Below are positions 28,401 through 32,954 of a DNA stretch of 64,000 nucleotides, piece by piece. Source of the DNA: Bacteroidaceae bacterium (lineage in GTDB: Bacteria; Bacteroidota; Bacteroidia; Bacteroidales; Bacteroidaceae). How positions within the stretch are numbered: position 1 is the first letter of the stretch; every line of letters starts with the position of its first letter. The DNA lies in contig JAGAYH010000021.1 in NCBI GenBank assembly GCA_017940565.1, forward strand, positions 8,363 to 72,362. Direction: 5' to 3'. The position numbers and the translations under genes are program-made. The notes below the pieces were generated by a model. That model searched no databases, was not told the DNA's origin, and worked only from the letters and a program-made list of their open reading frames with translations.

Positions 28401-30266
28401 GCCAAAGGTTGTCGCACCGCTGATGGCGTGACTGCCTACTTTAGTCTTTAATGACTGACTGGCTATCTGCTCGGCAATACGACCGGCCTGGCGTTTGCCA
28501 AGACCGCGGGCGACCAAGTCTTTACTTATCTTATTCACGGCACTTTTGACAGCCCCTCTGGCAGCAAGACCGCCTACAGCCTGAGGACCGAGGAACGTCC
28601 AGAAATCAAAGAGGAAGGAACCGACTTCGCTGGCTACCTCGGTCATAAAACTGGGGTCATAGGCTTTCGCGGCCAACTGGTCAAGGTAGTTCTCGTAATC
28701 TGTTTGAACGGCACCAACGGTCATCTTACCGGTGACGCTGTTCAAAAAGGCGCTCTTGAATATCTGTTCTATGGTGCTGTTCGCTTTCCTCTCGTTAACC
28801 AACCGGCCCTGGAGCTGTTGGTACATCTGTGCTCCGAATAAGGCTCGTTGTTCTTCCGACATTCCTTTGGTAAGTTCGTCTAACCGACCGATGGCGGCGT
28901 TAATGGCGTTCTCTGGAGCAGAAAGCTGATTGGCTTCGCGCATCTTTCCGAAGTTGACAACGGTACCCTGAGCTCCCTGGCCACCGTAGTCTGTTACCAT
29001 AATGTCCTTGGCCTTGGATTGTGCGGCTTCCTTTCCAACAGCCAACTGTTCTTCAAAGGTCTTCATGACATCGGCCTCTATAGCCTCGCGCTGCTTCTTC
29101 CGCTCTATGCGCTGAATAGCCATAGGGTTGACACGACCCGTGGGCATCGGACGGCCATATTCATCTATATAGGGATTGTAAGCGTCGCGTTCGGCTTGTA
29201 ATTGCTCGGCAACGCCCATAGGATTCCATGGCGCATTCATCCCGATAGCATCGCGCAGGTTGGGAAGTATGAATTGATTCCAATACTCTTCCGGAGTTAC
29301 ACCCAGCCACGAGGCTTCTTGTTGTAATCTGGCGGCATCTTTAGATTTTTTCCCCATTACCGCGCGGGTGACAATATTCAGGGCGTTTTCACGCTGTTTG
29401 ACGGTGGCTTCTTCAGGCATGAGGGCCAACGCTTCCTTTGAGAGGCTGTTGACGTAGTCTCGCATATTTTCAGTGGCCACAGACGTATGGTAACGCTGCA
29501 TCTCTTCGGCATCACTGCCTTCAGGGATATCGTGGGCGCGGTTATAACGCTTCACTTCTTCCAGCGGCGTCACCAGCTCGTTATTAACGACAATGCCTTC
29601 CTGATAGAATTGAGGCACATTCTGCCCATCTGTTTGTGCGGTCTCATTGGATGCCGAGACTTCTTCACTGCCGGACGTAACTCCCAATTTATGCCAAGGA
29701 CCTACAAGATAGTCGCCTTGCAGTTCACCCGCACCCGCAATCTCTTTCTTTTCCTCGGGCACGGCGGCTTCCTGCGCCTGGCTACTATTGGAACTATTGT
29801 TGCCGCTCTCCTCTTCGCGCTTCGCCTGAAGCACCTCGGCCAAAGTGCCGCCCAACTGACCGCCGGCGGACACACTGCGAGAAACGGCTTCGTCCACGAC
29901 TACATTGTTCTCGCTGGCACCGGTCGGCACTGCCGGCTGCTGTGCGGGAACATTCTCTTCTGGTACACGACCACGGCTATCATCAACCGCCGGTTGCGTC
30001 ACACCGCCAGCTTCTGGCACGGCGGCTTGCTGGTCCTGACCACTATTGTAACTATCGGCACTATTACTACTATTGACACCTATCCAACTCAAAAATTCAT
30101 CTTCCGAACCCACATCGTCATAACCGTCGTTAAGCAATAATTGATGAACTTTTTTGGCGTTACTCTTCTCCGAGACAAACGCGCGGAACTCGTCTTCCGT
30201 ACCCACATCGTCATAACCGTCGTTAAGCAATAATTGATGAACTTTTGTGATATTATCTTGTGCCAT
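13491..30266 (-). CDS. giant polyvalent protein (5,591 aa); probable packaged or injected multi-domain virion protein
   Basis: One uninterrupted 16,776-nt ORF next to the portal gene. Motifs read directly: HNHPSGNLKASRQD (RadC/JAB), HEYGH and HENIH (zincin-like), TTDGFVLIA...YPNWKAVIP...ALVMPMN (DnaN-like), and WHELAMKRMLRYAAENGYDKVAWTPGEQQAERY...GGEGMKGFYDRMLP. There are also hydrophobic and Gly-zipper segments and seven Ser/Asn-rich linkers. Confidence 0.8.
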   Translation of the reverse strand: MAQDNITKVHQLLLNDGYDDVGTEDEFRAFVSEKSNAKKVHQLLLNDGYDDVGSEDEFLSWIGVNSSNSADSYNSGQDQQAAVPEAGGVTQPAVDDSRGRVPEENVPAQQPAVPTGASENNVVVDEAVSRSVSAGGQLGGTLAEVLQAKREEESGNNSSNSSQAQEAAVPEEKKEIAGAGELQGDYLVGPWHKLGVTSGSEEVSASNETAQTDGQNVPQFYQEGIVVNNELVTPLEEVKRYNRAHDIPEGSDAEEMQRYHTSVATENMRDYVNSLSKEALALMPEEATVKQRENALNIVTRAVMGKKSKDAARLQQEASWLGVTPEEYWNQFILPNLRDAIGMNAPWNPMGVAEQLQAERDAYNPYIDEYGRPMPTGRVNPMAIQRIERKKQREAIEADVMKTFEEQLAVGKEAAQSKAKDIMVTDYGGQGAQGTVVNFGKMREANQLSAPENAINAAIGRLDELTKGMSEEQRALFGAQMYQQLQGRLVNERKANSTIEQIFKSAFLNSVTGKMTVGAVQTDYENYLDQLAAKAYDPSFMTEVASEVGSFLFDFWTFLGPQAVGGLAARGAVKSAVNKISKDLVARGLGKRQAGRIAEQIASQSLKTKVGSHAISGATTFGLHGFATSPVNTLTQPTGAESTRSLDAMSGTEHQEPTVGPTDIIGRMFTDMGWGAAGGALFGAGAIPEHYITNRFGHGLASSLAGKGASIATNAAGMTGVGALEYYDENGKPMSWSELGQNYLKNVAMFATLDVPGFIASRNAAKKNQYFRENYEITPSDVAKMRDLGFGDRLTDIAVKLADPSQELAGRPSRSDVTDVNALKPEDRDVTNGLHQLDLLYDEGAITEKEARKWYALLTGDYRRGLNTATAVRAVETDGKHYVEWLDRDGRVIDRQAAKSSEDASATVQRETWQVQLNQIDALEKRVVADDITNRWDAAALKDGWAAGMSEEYISALRDKESRGEALTEEEQWVLKNNESFRSGLEKMSRGESLSKDEQQSVDATMKLLGKMAGESGALQDIVMDFESRHGLEHGKLKTILEKRERSTDEQALVEDYVATLQDNILGRERVRPEQFTRKQIEGPSQEETGLEGNNRIIDGGAPEVPSEAPERPDYRGEGVALMRDALANDDGQAVALAGRESRIAEARVARAFGDSVLADELTAAVNSDADLDAFIASHENELTAEQRSAVEALSAANERMRGIESAVTEMGPQRDQIRAEIASRATEENTVVEMELADGSRVYLRSGDPENEYGTVMVTDAAGQNRQVSTRDIKTIGEVQPVDDLLAAAFNQAVDEYSQRVNDWIDNTALTPGREFTISAAGEEARAVIDRVEGNDVIVRSADNPEETFSLSADEVRGYLREEETKAVEDSINSINSADSANGEGGQPLVSSDGQTGVNGANPNEEPEQRQEKLSPNDAISFVSEMENRAAEAPEVELTIENWDALFGEDGIVNTPIGEVKMGENQFTKLMRKGREGKLGMIKPTLENPDVVIETPSEANEGQITERNSSYIFVKAFTKADGSRYYYFTSVTVSKDGREVVVSNQEKNRNKLLRLLTEGDVIWRTPKDATTSSAEGQGLDYVQPLKAETATEGSGITPQSISSESKITNTPDTGQINGQENEGGNGNSGTVIDGRPRSNRRKASLTPMQQRERALGDYLDFYDYVERTLAASGRGLKVIWGDDPVTGTRGLGAHLTGQSESERRQYIWLLGTKKNGAFYPEQLAEELWQGYREERNDNGLPIDDIGSEQASDAFGVVLDVLRSHNRKESMMREAEERHSDMQRQYDEAERDQANNWAIGQGFEDIDEWQDYSDYCYQKAEEDSRYYDEVISIFAEQYEQEDNERRITESHRVAAQSDEGAVPGRTGEGPAVVQGEQESPAGERDTTADGPSPHNAERGNRIDSDGSLGTGTGEGREVGRAQSGNLPASVAPLVADLERQSDERDALHQAWLSNEIDDSENRQRLRALDEQMSELRRRIIPLLSSLSQEELNAISAYGEEHQLVELPIFVEDEERRRKVAKTEADRFAEGLEAQGSIPHGKAVAKFKASDFASKDSTHAALGGTYYDPDGYAVTTDGFVLIADKQRYDPTKEGKVIAERNIPTVAGKGMEINVPYPNWKAVIPTGGQRVSVDWNDLLGFIAGVRAKMKVEYDELRERGDLDKTSFRAYTANATVQVRLPNGEIALFDLSRLERMAAAGTYLGTTEFQYKGNDRAVVSANANGTALVMPMNRIPDEATSYYYDMSGSDMVGEPDMAYNKNTANERFNEELESLTEENAREVQLDCGRPNDILLSCGIENKPIRLYGAKLISKAKKHGYDYHDIKNLPQAISNPIAVFEGSQKGSFAILTELQINGNNVLATLTVGKGGHDVDFNIITSVYGKDNNNVVRWINSQKLLYANKEKALDYISVPAPIAGAQSNQELQSAAKVIESFENPKLPERNLFSGEPEIAFNAESEEIFNAAKEKFGRTYDIREAGYVLPDGTMLDFSGRHELFGADDSAIRGSRATDHRVISTIAYKYDNDGNEIETGIETDMPDFIKRGGIRIDDNAGTINLAVKPTPEQREVLRRLIQRNDGDVSVDFGDGWDSDHYVEYEGVRPQRVLADIDRYFEEGIKPEGNVMLQEPQTIYNTLDGQQVVYQSLFESERGNGNNSANRASGQALADEIGGMSDAQLLDRIGESGANDRDFYADEYDRRHEQEYDDAQLAYAQQLEQSNTSLDDAYGMYGDVSRRWLNGGYATDERTALRAQMDALTPYIDFLETERYDEEMEAQREAEREAAKQQYEEQKNAVEAFDPTTLRLRKLEPGETCRVERVYEETGQFNFTGKEKIESAEDVAFIFKQLETASVENAFLVLLKDGRPTIVHLGMGSYNKTAAPFETAFVAYQALKPDTVYFVHNHPSGNLKASRQDQEVLNHIKRAFGEDVVQQGIIIDTTSGNYGEFESIETSYETYSVEEEMPQATGNEIPIKVYQFSKQVFAPDWNPAEAFKVDSSLKVAQFVSSHRLGEHKKMSLLVVTQDMRVVANVFLPWTKLSEIKSYAEAGELLAGYVHQCGGVRGILYGNYDYTKEDDKRLSRLSLRMKQLQAPFLEVMHIGHSASESGLLGEPEVDYNAVNEPQYQLTSSEDVRPATQEEREETAYMADHFNAIGIPTSTDWEEGQRVLDMANGEGVRLQKRLNALQEAERFIEESLSGKHNDQRVEIELPLSTQRKVRRAMGRDFDTHNIYANGIIHSKNNHGVGGMKIDQNSIPLRDEDFKLAPYIMTAPDNVIPGSASSDGRESIRFEKRLQNGVVLVVEKEQKNSPDDMDTITMWATLSSRGADARSNERPLHTTSKPANVTNGTEAARANAVTVISSFDAAKIRRDAEIAIENDEKNAKYQKANVSQAVFVSNARRAVEGIRQEKATPEQWLAMLQKQGGLKAGEDKWLGLSDWLKGQDKKSLTKQEVLDFIDQNQIQIEEVNYSENVDILSATEREIQENIARGHSLEELQEQIDTEIRLAGDELDGMDASERDEWLTEQMKDRYGDDFEVGYSISDGTISYAIGEWDVDEDAYNSNIAGDDNKKINTTRLAYTTEGLENKREIALTVPTIESWNDDDDIHFGDAGGGRAVAWIRFGDSWGREPVEINHPITGEKTVVKRDVRVLVIDEIQSKRHQEGREKGYRTTEAVAEEERLGDAVNKAQEAYDAYTRRMGEKYNGAYEDIYADMTDAERTEADRLEQEVYAASERFQNHGISDIPDAPFEKNWHELAMKRMLRYAAENGYDKVAWTPGEQQAERYNIGQSVRRIDAAIDQEGKRALLIHLQGGPTMDIGFDDEGNITETNRVGQQYLSGVKNISEIVGKEIAAGALSVQGKGTENMKTWEGDNLRIGGEGMKGFYDRMLPSFVNKYVKKWGAKVGEVALPVLEEAAQKMWSVDVTPEMKRDVMQGQPMFFRTPDGQAYGFTLNGKIYLDPRIATAETPIHEYGHLWVEALAEANPEAWEHLKGELEQDADLVNYVKGRYPDLEGDELWEEVFTHFSGRRGRERMEEERRRMMNEEPDLMGKARVARMFYRLRRALKRFWTMARDLFAGNNARLKTMKAEDFADAMMADLVHGFYPRTGELAEQRIRRMADKYNSKQLVFLNDKMDGLEVFDLLDIPEEIFEGDMPTQEEKIAFVEEIKQFTEKSYAFYFPPSDKIIIFAERIPSDREEETFFHENIHAILRSWYGASPAPRRIAEAFWDLAPDEGGEVSKSYIEKKYRDTPEKWKEEFFVTWLGRAMAHGSVDEVTNLLQDSGDKSRIESIEHSLGYDRGEETAARGEGARRTEEDTSRGSQEDGKILQGQRNNRLTSSSDGVPRYQLAGEGGSSDNGTDSSNSSENEANEGTFVGEDGIRYEKAPSLRHQPKRKKNESQMAYVMRLRGWNQMRDFLDKHPRPLEPESFDEELTARWRDAYRAWRTERDKADRGRSWQQLYEYDVEAAVNGAMDGMTKAEAEILEAEAIGLNVGLDIEESRANLEMKFSVIARRKQLEGSNAEDTLFIHGIENRVKALVKSAREAGANITVKKVLETLPYMMEAPRARQIIARQLNATLTFALNRLRVTPADLLRAEAAIAKLRDLNYNPDEAAATPEVIDAAREVAKVLNGEDRTDSANSNNSDRGYITSGDVLAVYDLITARTLPDMSPAMRALMDSAEVKQLLSDIKEWYDRMYHMLDAAGLRRDAGYIAEGYINHVWDAGKSDPQVLEALSTPKKLSAYLKGPLPENRQRTQSPNMHLRSVDTYLNGEALGLVPKYKSLLDIMAHYSRQNNEALANKAMLEDMSSVTVVEKNSSGEVVARIPIITTHVRPIDEEYYHNPGYRIPGLGTVYVHRAAVPYFRAAFGVLRSDVGDVAHEIGRIYDIINRFAKRMNLSVSLFHHLALNEVMLAQRGPFGLAKALFKYIFFDTYRAGVKASANKGFMKYVVDPLLRGESPAFAHPEDFKLAARHLVQLGATSDFAAADTTAISNKISRALYVYSQKHPNKVITSVDALRKMLGAVGKEWDDLLWRQLHDGLKLSLFNRFVEQTDKRLDKLYKTDNATVNGLTRDQMRDRMLDEYGQLVNDTFGGQYWELLGISPKTLKWLRRGILSPDWTFSTMRHFLANFGIGTLYSEGFFKTDEFKRLRSMTAVKCYAIGVLMILLAMNAANIIERMIDEDKEKKKAEEERKTNPDYKSPYELAYPNGMKWYDYTMLGNAPGKQSLLFLGRYSDGRERYLRWGKQFREFPELFEDAEGWGFPRPLLNRALTKGSAGTNFSIDFLGSLGVRGFNGNDRTAQEIKKRHGAWMALAYLTVNRFMPYSAVDVSGLFISNSTEAKQDFHFLDLAMPSSKGYSIWKAKRDFTAAIERGDMDAVEKAYKACVLNGIDAEDVLKSVKSSFTKKEREAFSDGVVDLASAKEAFDNARLAKDKATAKNKIIKYLAESEYKAFTLAEARKQAEAFIKGEDVRQTAEDNERYLMYSTFDDVRDDYRISKLYKKTTEVYVKQEEVATDPTLSGKEKAAWNEANRDWLVARGLINRMNNGSKEYGVVGIKALKKKLGTIGNDDAETMAQIRKMRQETMARIDSLEIGLTGQ
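30109..30246 (-). repeat. in-frame tandem duplication at the 5' end of the giant gene (93-bp period)
   Basis: A perfect 45-bp match (30109-30153 and 30202-30246) encodes KVHQLLLNDGYDDVG(T/S)EDEF twice, at aa 8-27 and 39-58. Confidence 0.9.
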
Positions 30267-30289
30267 TTTTGCTTTGTTTTTTATTAGTG

Positions 30290-31459
30290 TTATTTTGAAG
30301 GACCTATATTAAGTCCAGATGACCTTCTATTTTTTCCGCTGCCAACGCCCAAGCCAGACGACCTTCCCCCGCTGTTTGGCTTCGTCACCACTGTAGTCTT
30401 GGTCTCTTGCCCGGTCAACGGGTCAACCTTCGTCGTGGTTTTCGTCGTGCCCAGCGCCTTCAGTTCGTTCAAGGCGTCCTGAGCTTCGTAATGACTGATC
30501 TGACCTTTCGCCACCATATCGCGGATGCGGTTCTGCTCCCTGGCAATGTCTAAGCGACCTTCATCATATTGCTTCTTCCAGTCCAACTTGGCACTGTCCA
30601 ACGCTTGTTTGCCGGCCAACCTCTCTTCTTGCTGCTTGCGCCACTGCCACAACTGCTGACGGTCTTGCTCGCGGGCTTTGGCAATATCGGCGGCACGCTG
30701 CTCCTGAGCGCGGCGGGCATACGCCTGGAGATATTGGTTCGACAACTGCTGGCGGAACTGACGGGTGACATCGCGCAGACGTTGCTGACGCTGTGACAAC
30801 GCTGGGCCACTCTCCAACGGGGCGGAAGGCGCACCTTGCGTCGTGCCATAGAAGTTACCCAAGTGGCTCAACAGGTTCGTCAACTGCTCCCAACGCTCAC
30901 GACGGCGCTGACGCTTCTCTTCTTTCTGCTGCTCCGTTGACGACAAGCGCGGGTCGCCGGCCTGCAACACCTGCATCATCGACACATAGTCTGGCGTTCT
31001 TCCCTGCGACTGCTCATAATTGGCATAGTCCGACAACAACTGGTGCACGGGCACATCCGCACGGCGCATACTCTCGTCCATCGCGCCGTCTTCACCACGT
31101 CGTCCGTAAACGACATCGCCCAAGGAATAATGGCCCCAGTCGGCCAAGTACGGATTCGGCGTGTCACCGCTGGTCCCGGGAGCCTGCTCCCACGTCATAC
31201 CGGCACGCTTCGCCTCGGCACGCGCCATGTCGCTCGGCCAAGATACTGCAGGGCCAACCGGAGCAACAGCCTCATTAGGCTCAACCGCTACGTTTGCCTC
31301 AGGCTGCACGGCCGACGGGGCAGGCGAAAGCATGTCTGCACCATTGGCTCCGCCTTCACTATAGTTACTGTTGTCCCCAAGCCCTCGCACCGCGTTCAAG
31401 GCGGCTTCAACGGCGGACCGCGGATTATATCTGTTCTGAAATGTTCCCATGGCTACCAA
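30290..31459 (-). CDS. hypothetical phage protein, Gln/Arg-rich coiled coil
   Basis: 389-aa ORF immediately upstream of the giant gene. It has a long Q/R/E-rich helical region and a basic Gly/Ser tail. It overlaps the upstream gene by 7 nt. Confidence 0.55.
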   Translation of the reverse strand: MVAMGTFQNRYNPRSAVEAALNAVRGLGDNSNYSEGGANGADMLSPAPSAVQPEANVAVEPNEAVAPVGPAVSWPSDMARAEAKRAGMTWEQAPGTSGDTPNPYLADWGHYSLGDVVYGRRGEDGAMDESMRRADVPVHQLLSDYANYEQSQGRTPDYVSMMQVLQAGDPRLSSTEQQKEEKRQRRRERWEQLTNLLSHLGNFYGTTQGAPSAPLESGPALSQRQQRLRDVTRQFRQQLSNQYLQAYARRAQEQRAADIAKAREQDRQQLWQWRKQQEERLAGKQALDSAKLDWKKQYDEGRLDIAREQNRIRDMVAKGQISHYEAQDALNELKALGTTKTTTKVDPLTGQETKTTVVTKPNSGGRSSGLGVGSGKNRRSSGLNIGPSK

Positions 31460-31998
31460 TCAACTTCAAAACCTTTCTTTCCTATCTTCGTCGTACCGAA
31501 GTGCATCCCGCCGGCGGCACCGGCAACTCCGGCTGCCGCCTGCTGGATAGCCTGAGCTTGGCTCAAACCTTTTTGCAGTTTCGTCGAAGCGATGTAATTG
31601 TTCATCGCGTCCAGCTGATTGTCGGCCCGGTTCCATATCTGCTCGCGACGGCCGGCCCCCTGAACCGCCTGCTGCTGCATCATCTCACCGACAGCCTCCG
31701 AAGCGGCCTGTTTCTGCATCGCAAGACTCGCATCGGTACCTCCCGTCACCACATTCGAGGCCGCCTCACGCTTCGACTGTTCGTCCAATACCTTCTGCGC
31801 CTGCGTCACCGCGGCTTGACTCTCCGCACTCTGCGTCGGGTCTTGATAATACAGCGCATCACGGTGCGCACGCACATCGGCCATGCGGTCTTCCATGGCC
31901 GAAATGGCATCATTATAACCTCTGTTCGCTTTCTTCGCAGCCAAGGCACCGCCCAGAAGGGAGGCACCGGCACCAACAAGACCACCTATAAGTCCCAT
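31453..31998 (-). CDS. hypothetical phage protein with an N-terminal glycine-zipper helix
   Basis: 181 aa. The N-terminus is MGLIGGLVGAGASLLGGALAAKK. It is the first gene of the leftward operon. Confidence 0.55.
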   Translation of the reverse strand: MGLIGGLVGAGASLLGGALAAKKANRGYNDAISAMEDRMADVRAHRDALYYQDPTQSAESQAAVTQAQKVLDEQSKREAASNVVTGGTDASLAMQKQAASEAVGEMMQQQAVQGAGRREQIWNRADNQLDAMNNYIASTKLQKGLSQAQAIQQAAAGVAGAAGGMHFGTTKIGKKGFEVDW

Positions 31999-32028
31999 AA
32001 TAGATAAGTTTAATGTTTATAAACACTA

Positions 32029-32036
32029 CAAAAATA
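32029..32036 (-). promoter_or_regulatory. -7 box TATTTTTG for the leftward operon
   Basis: Exact TAnnTTTG match 30 nt upstream of the ATG at 31998. ATTGTA lies exactly 32 nt further upstream. Confidence 0.5.
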
Positions 32037-32056
32037 CGAGACCGCTGCCACCGCAA

Positions 32057-32112
32057 TCGGATAAATTGTACAATCTATCACGCGCCACCGCGTCAGCATC
32101 AATTACCTTTGC
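32057..32112. repeat. 56-bp regulatory module, copy 2
   Basis: Direct repeat of 13327-13382. It contains the palindrome ATTGTACAAT (32065-32074) and a plus-strand TACCTTTG -7 box (32104-32111), 16 nt upstream of the ATG at 32128. Confidence 0.85.
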
Positions 32113-32127
32113 CAAAAAATTATTCCC

Positions 32128-32499
32128 ATGGCAAAAAAAATCAAAACGGAAAGCAACAAAGGACAGTTCCAAGACGGACACAAAAAAAAGGGAGGGCGCA
32201 CCAAAGGTACACCCAACAAAACCACACGCAACCTCCGACGCGTCCTCGAAGAACAACTCTCTCCCCACCTCGAAGAAATAGGTACTACCATCGAACGTAT
32301 CAAAGACCCCGCACAGAAGTCCGCCGCTCTCGCCCAGTGGACCAGCTACCTGCTGCCAAAATATTCCAATACAACCATCACCAACGACACCGCACGCGAC
32401 ATCGCCACAGAAGAATATATCAGCCAACTCAACCAACAATACTCCGCACAGGACATACATATCGACATCAACACCCTGCGCATCGTCGATAACGAATAA
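32128..32499 (+). CDS. small basic phage protein, possibly terminase-small-subunit-like or DNA-binding
   Basis: 123 aa. The N-terminal KGQFQDGHKKKGGRTKGTPNKTT resembles the F.kG.sGNP.GRPKG motif seen at the N-terminus of many small-terminase-like phage proteins (recalled as DUF5681). This is weak evidence. Confidence 0.35.
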   Translation: MAKKIKTESNKGQFQDGHKKKGGRTKGTPNKTTRNLRRVLEEQLSPHLEEIGTTIERIKDPAQKSAALAQWTSYLLPKYSNTTITNDTARDIATEEYISQLNQQYSAQDIHIDINTLRIVDNE

Positions 32500-32525
32500 C
32501 AAACCCCATCAAACCCATCAAACCC

Positions 32526-32645
32526 ATGTCCTACATCGACCAAAAACGCCAATGGCTCAAAGACCATCCCAACGCCACGGCCGACGAAGCCTACTCCGCC
32601 GGCTACTGGCAATCATGTGACAACTGGTGCAAGAAGACAAAATAA
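32526..32645 (+). CDS. possible 39-aa small ORF
   Basis: Manual translation gives MSYIDQKRQWLKDHPNATADEAYSAGYWQSCDNWCKKTK. A hairpin follows it. It is too short for the supplied ORF track. Confidence 0.3.
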   Translation: MSYIDQKRQWLKDHPNATADEAYSAGYWQSCDNWCKKTK

Positions 32646-32653
32646 CCGTCTCC

Positions 32654-32692
32654 GAACTGGTGACAAAAAGACACCAGTTCACCACTATTTTT
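32654..32692 (+). terminator. hairpin terminator after the rightward phage operon
   Basis: A perfect 9-bp stem, GAACTGGTG (32654-32662) with CACCAGTTC (32672-32680), followed by a T5 run at 32688-32692. Confidence 0.5.
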
Positions 32693-32734
32693 CCACTACT
32701 TTAGTGGCTATTCCCACTAAAACCACTATCTTTG
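32682..32734 (+). promoter_or_regulatory. phased CCACTA hexamer array ending in an exact TATCTTTG -7 box
   Basis: CCACTA occurs at 32682, 32693, 32714 and 32723, with an inverted TAGTGG at 32702. Spacing is 9-12 bp. TATCTTTG lies at 32727-32734. Confidence 0.5.
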
Positions 32735-32740
32735 TACCAA

Positions 32741-32890
32741 CAAAAGGAAGCGCGACCCACATTCCAATACAATTTGGCATAAATTTGGTACAAACCAATT
32801 AAAATAGCAACTAAAAATTTGATTGTCAACCTCTCTCAAAACCCCTGAGGGCGTACAGAGAGAGCGAGACATTCGCTCTCTTTCTTTTTA
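32741..32890 (+). ncRNA. candidate small non-coding RNA (about 150 nt) at the phage-host junction
   Basis: It is bounded by the -7 box at 32727-32734 and an intrinsic terminator at 32858-32890. No ATG occurs between 32741 and 32856. The only TTG-initiated frames I read out give peptides of 9 aa or fewer. Confidence 0.3.
32858..32890 (+). terminator. rho-independent terminator
   Basis: GAGAGAGCGA (32858-32867) pairs with TCGCTCTCTt (32873-32882) around the loop GACAT. It is followed by TTTCTTTTT. Confidence 0.65.
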
Positions 32891-32954
32891 TATGTCAGAA
32901 CCTGTATTTTGACAAAAAAGCACTATCTTTACACACGTTTTACTGCACTTCACG

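Noticed and set aside
32682-32728. Possible CRISPR array or other long repeat array
   Set aside because: Only 6-bp units at about 10-bp spacing are present, with no repeats or spacers of 25-40 bp. I did not see a CRISPR-like array anywhere in the window.
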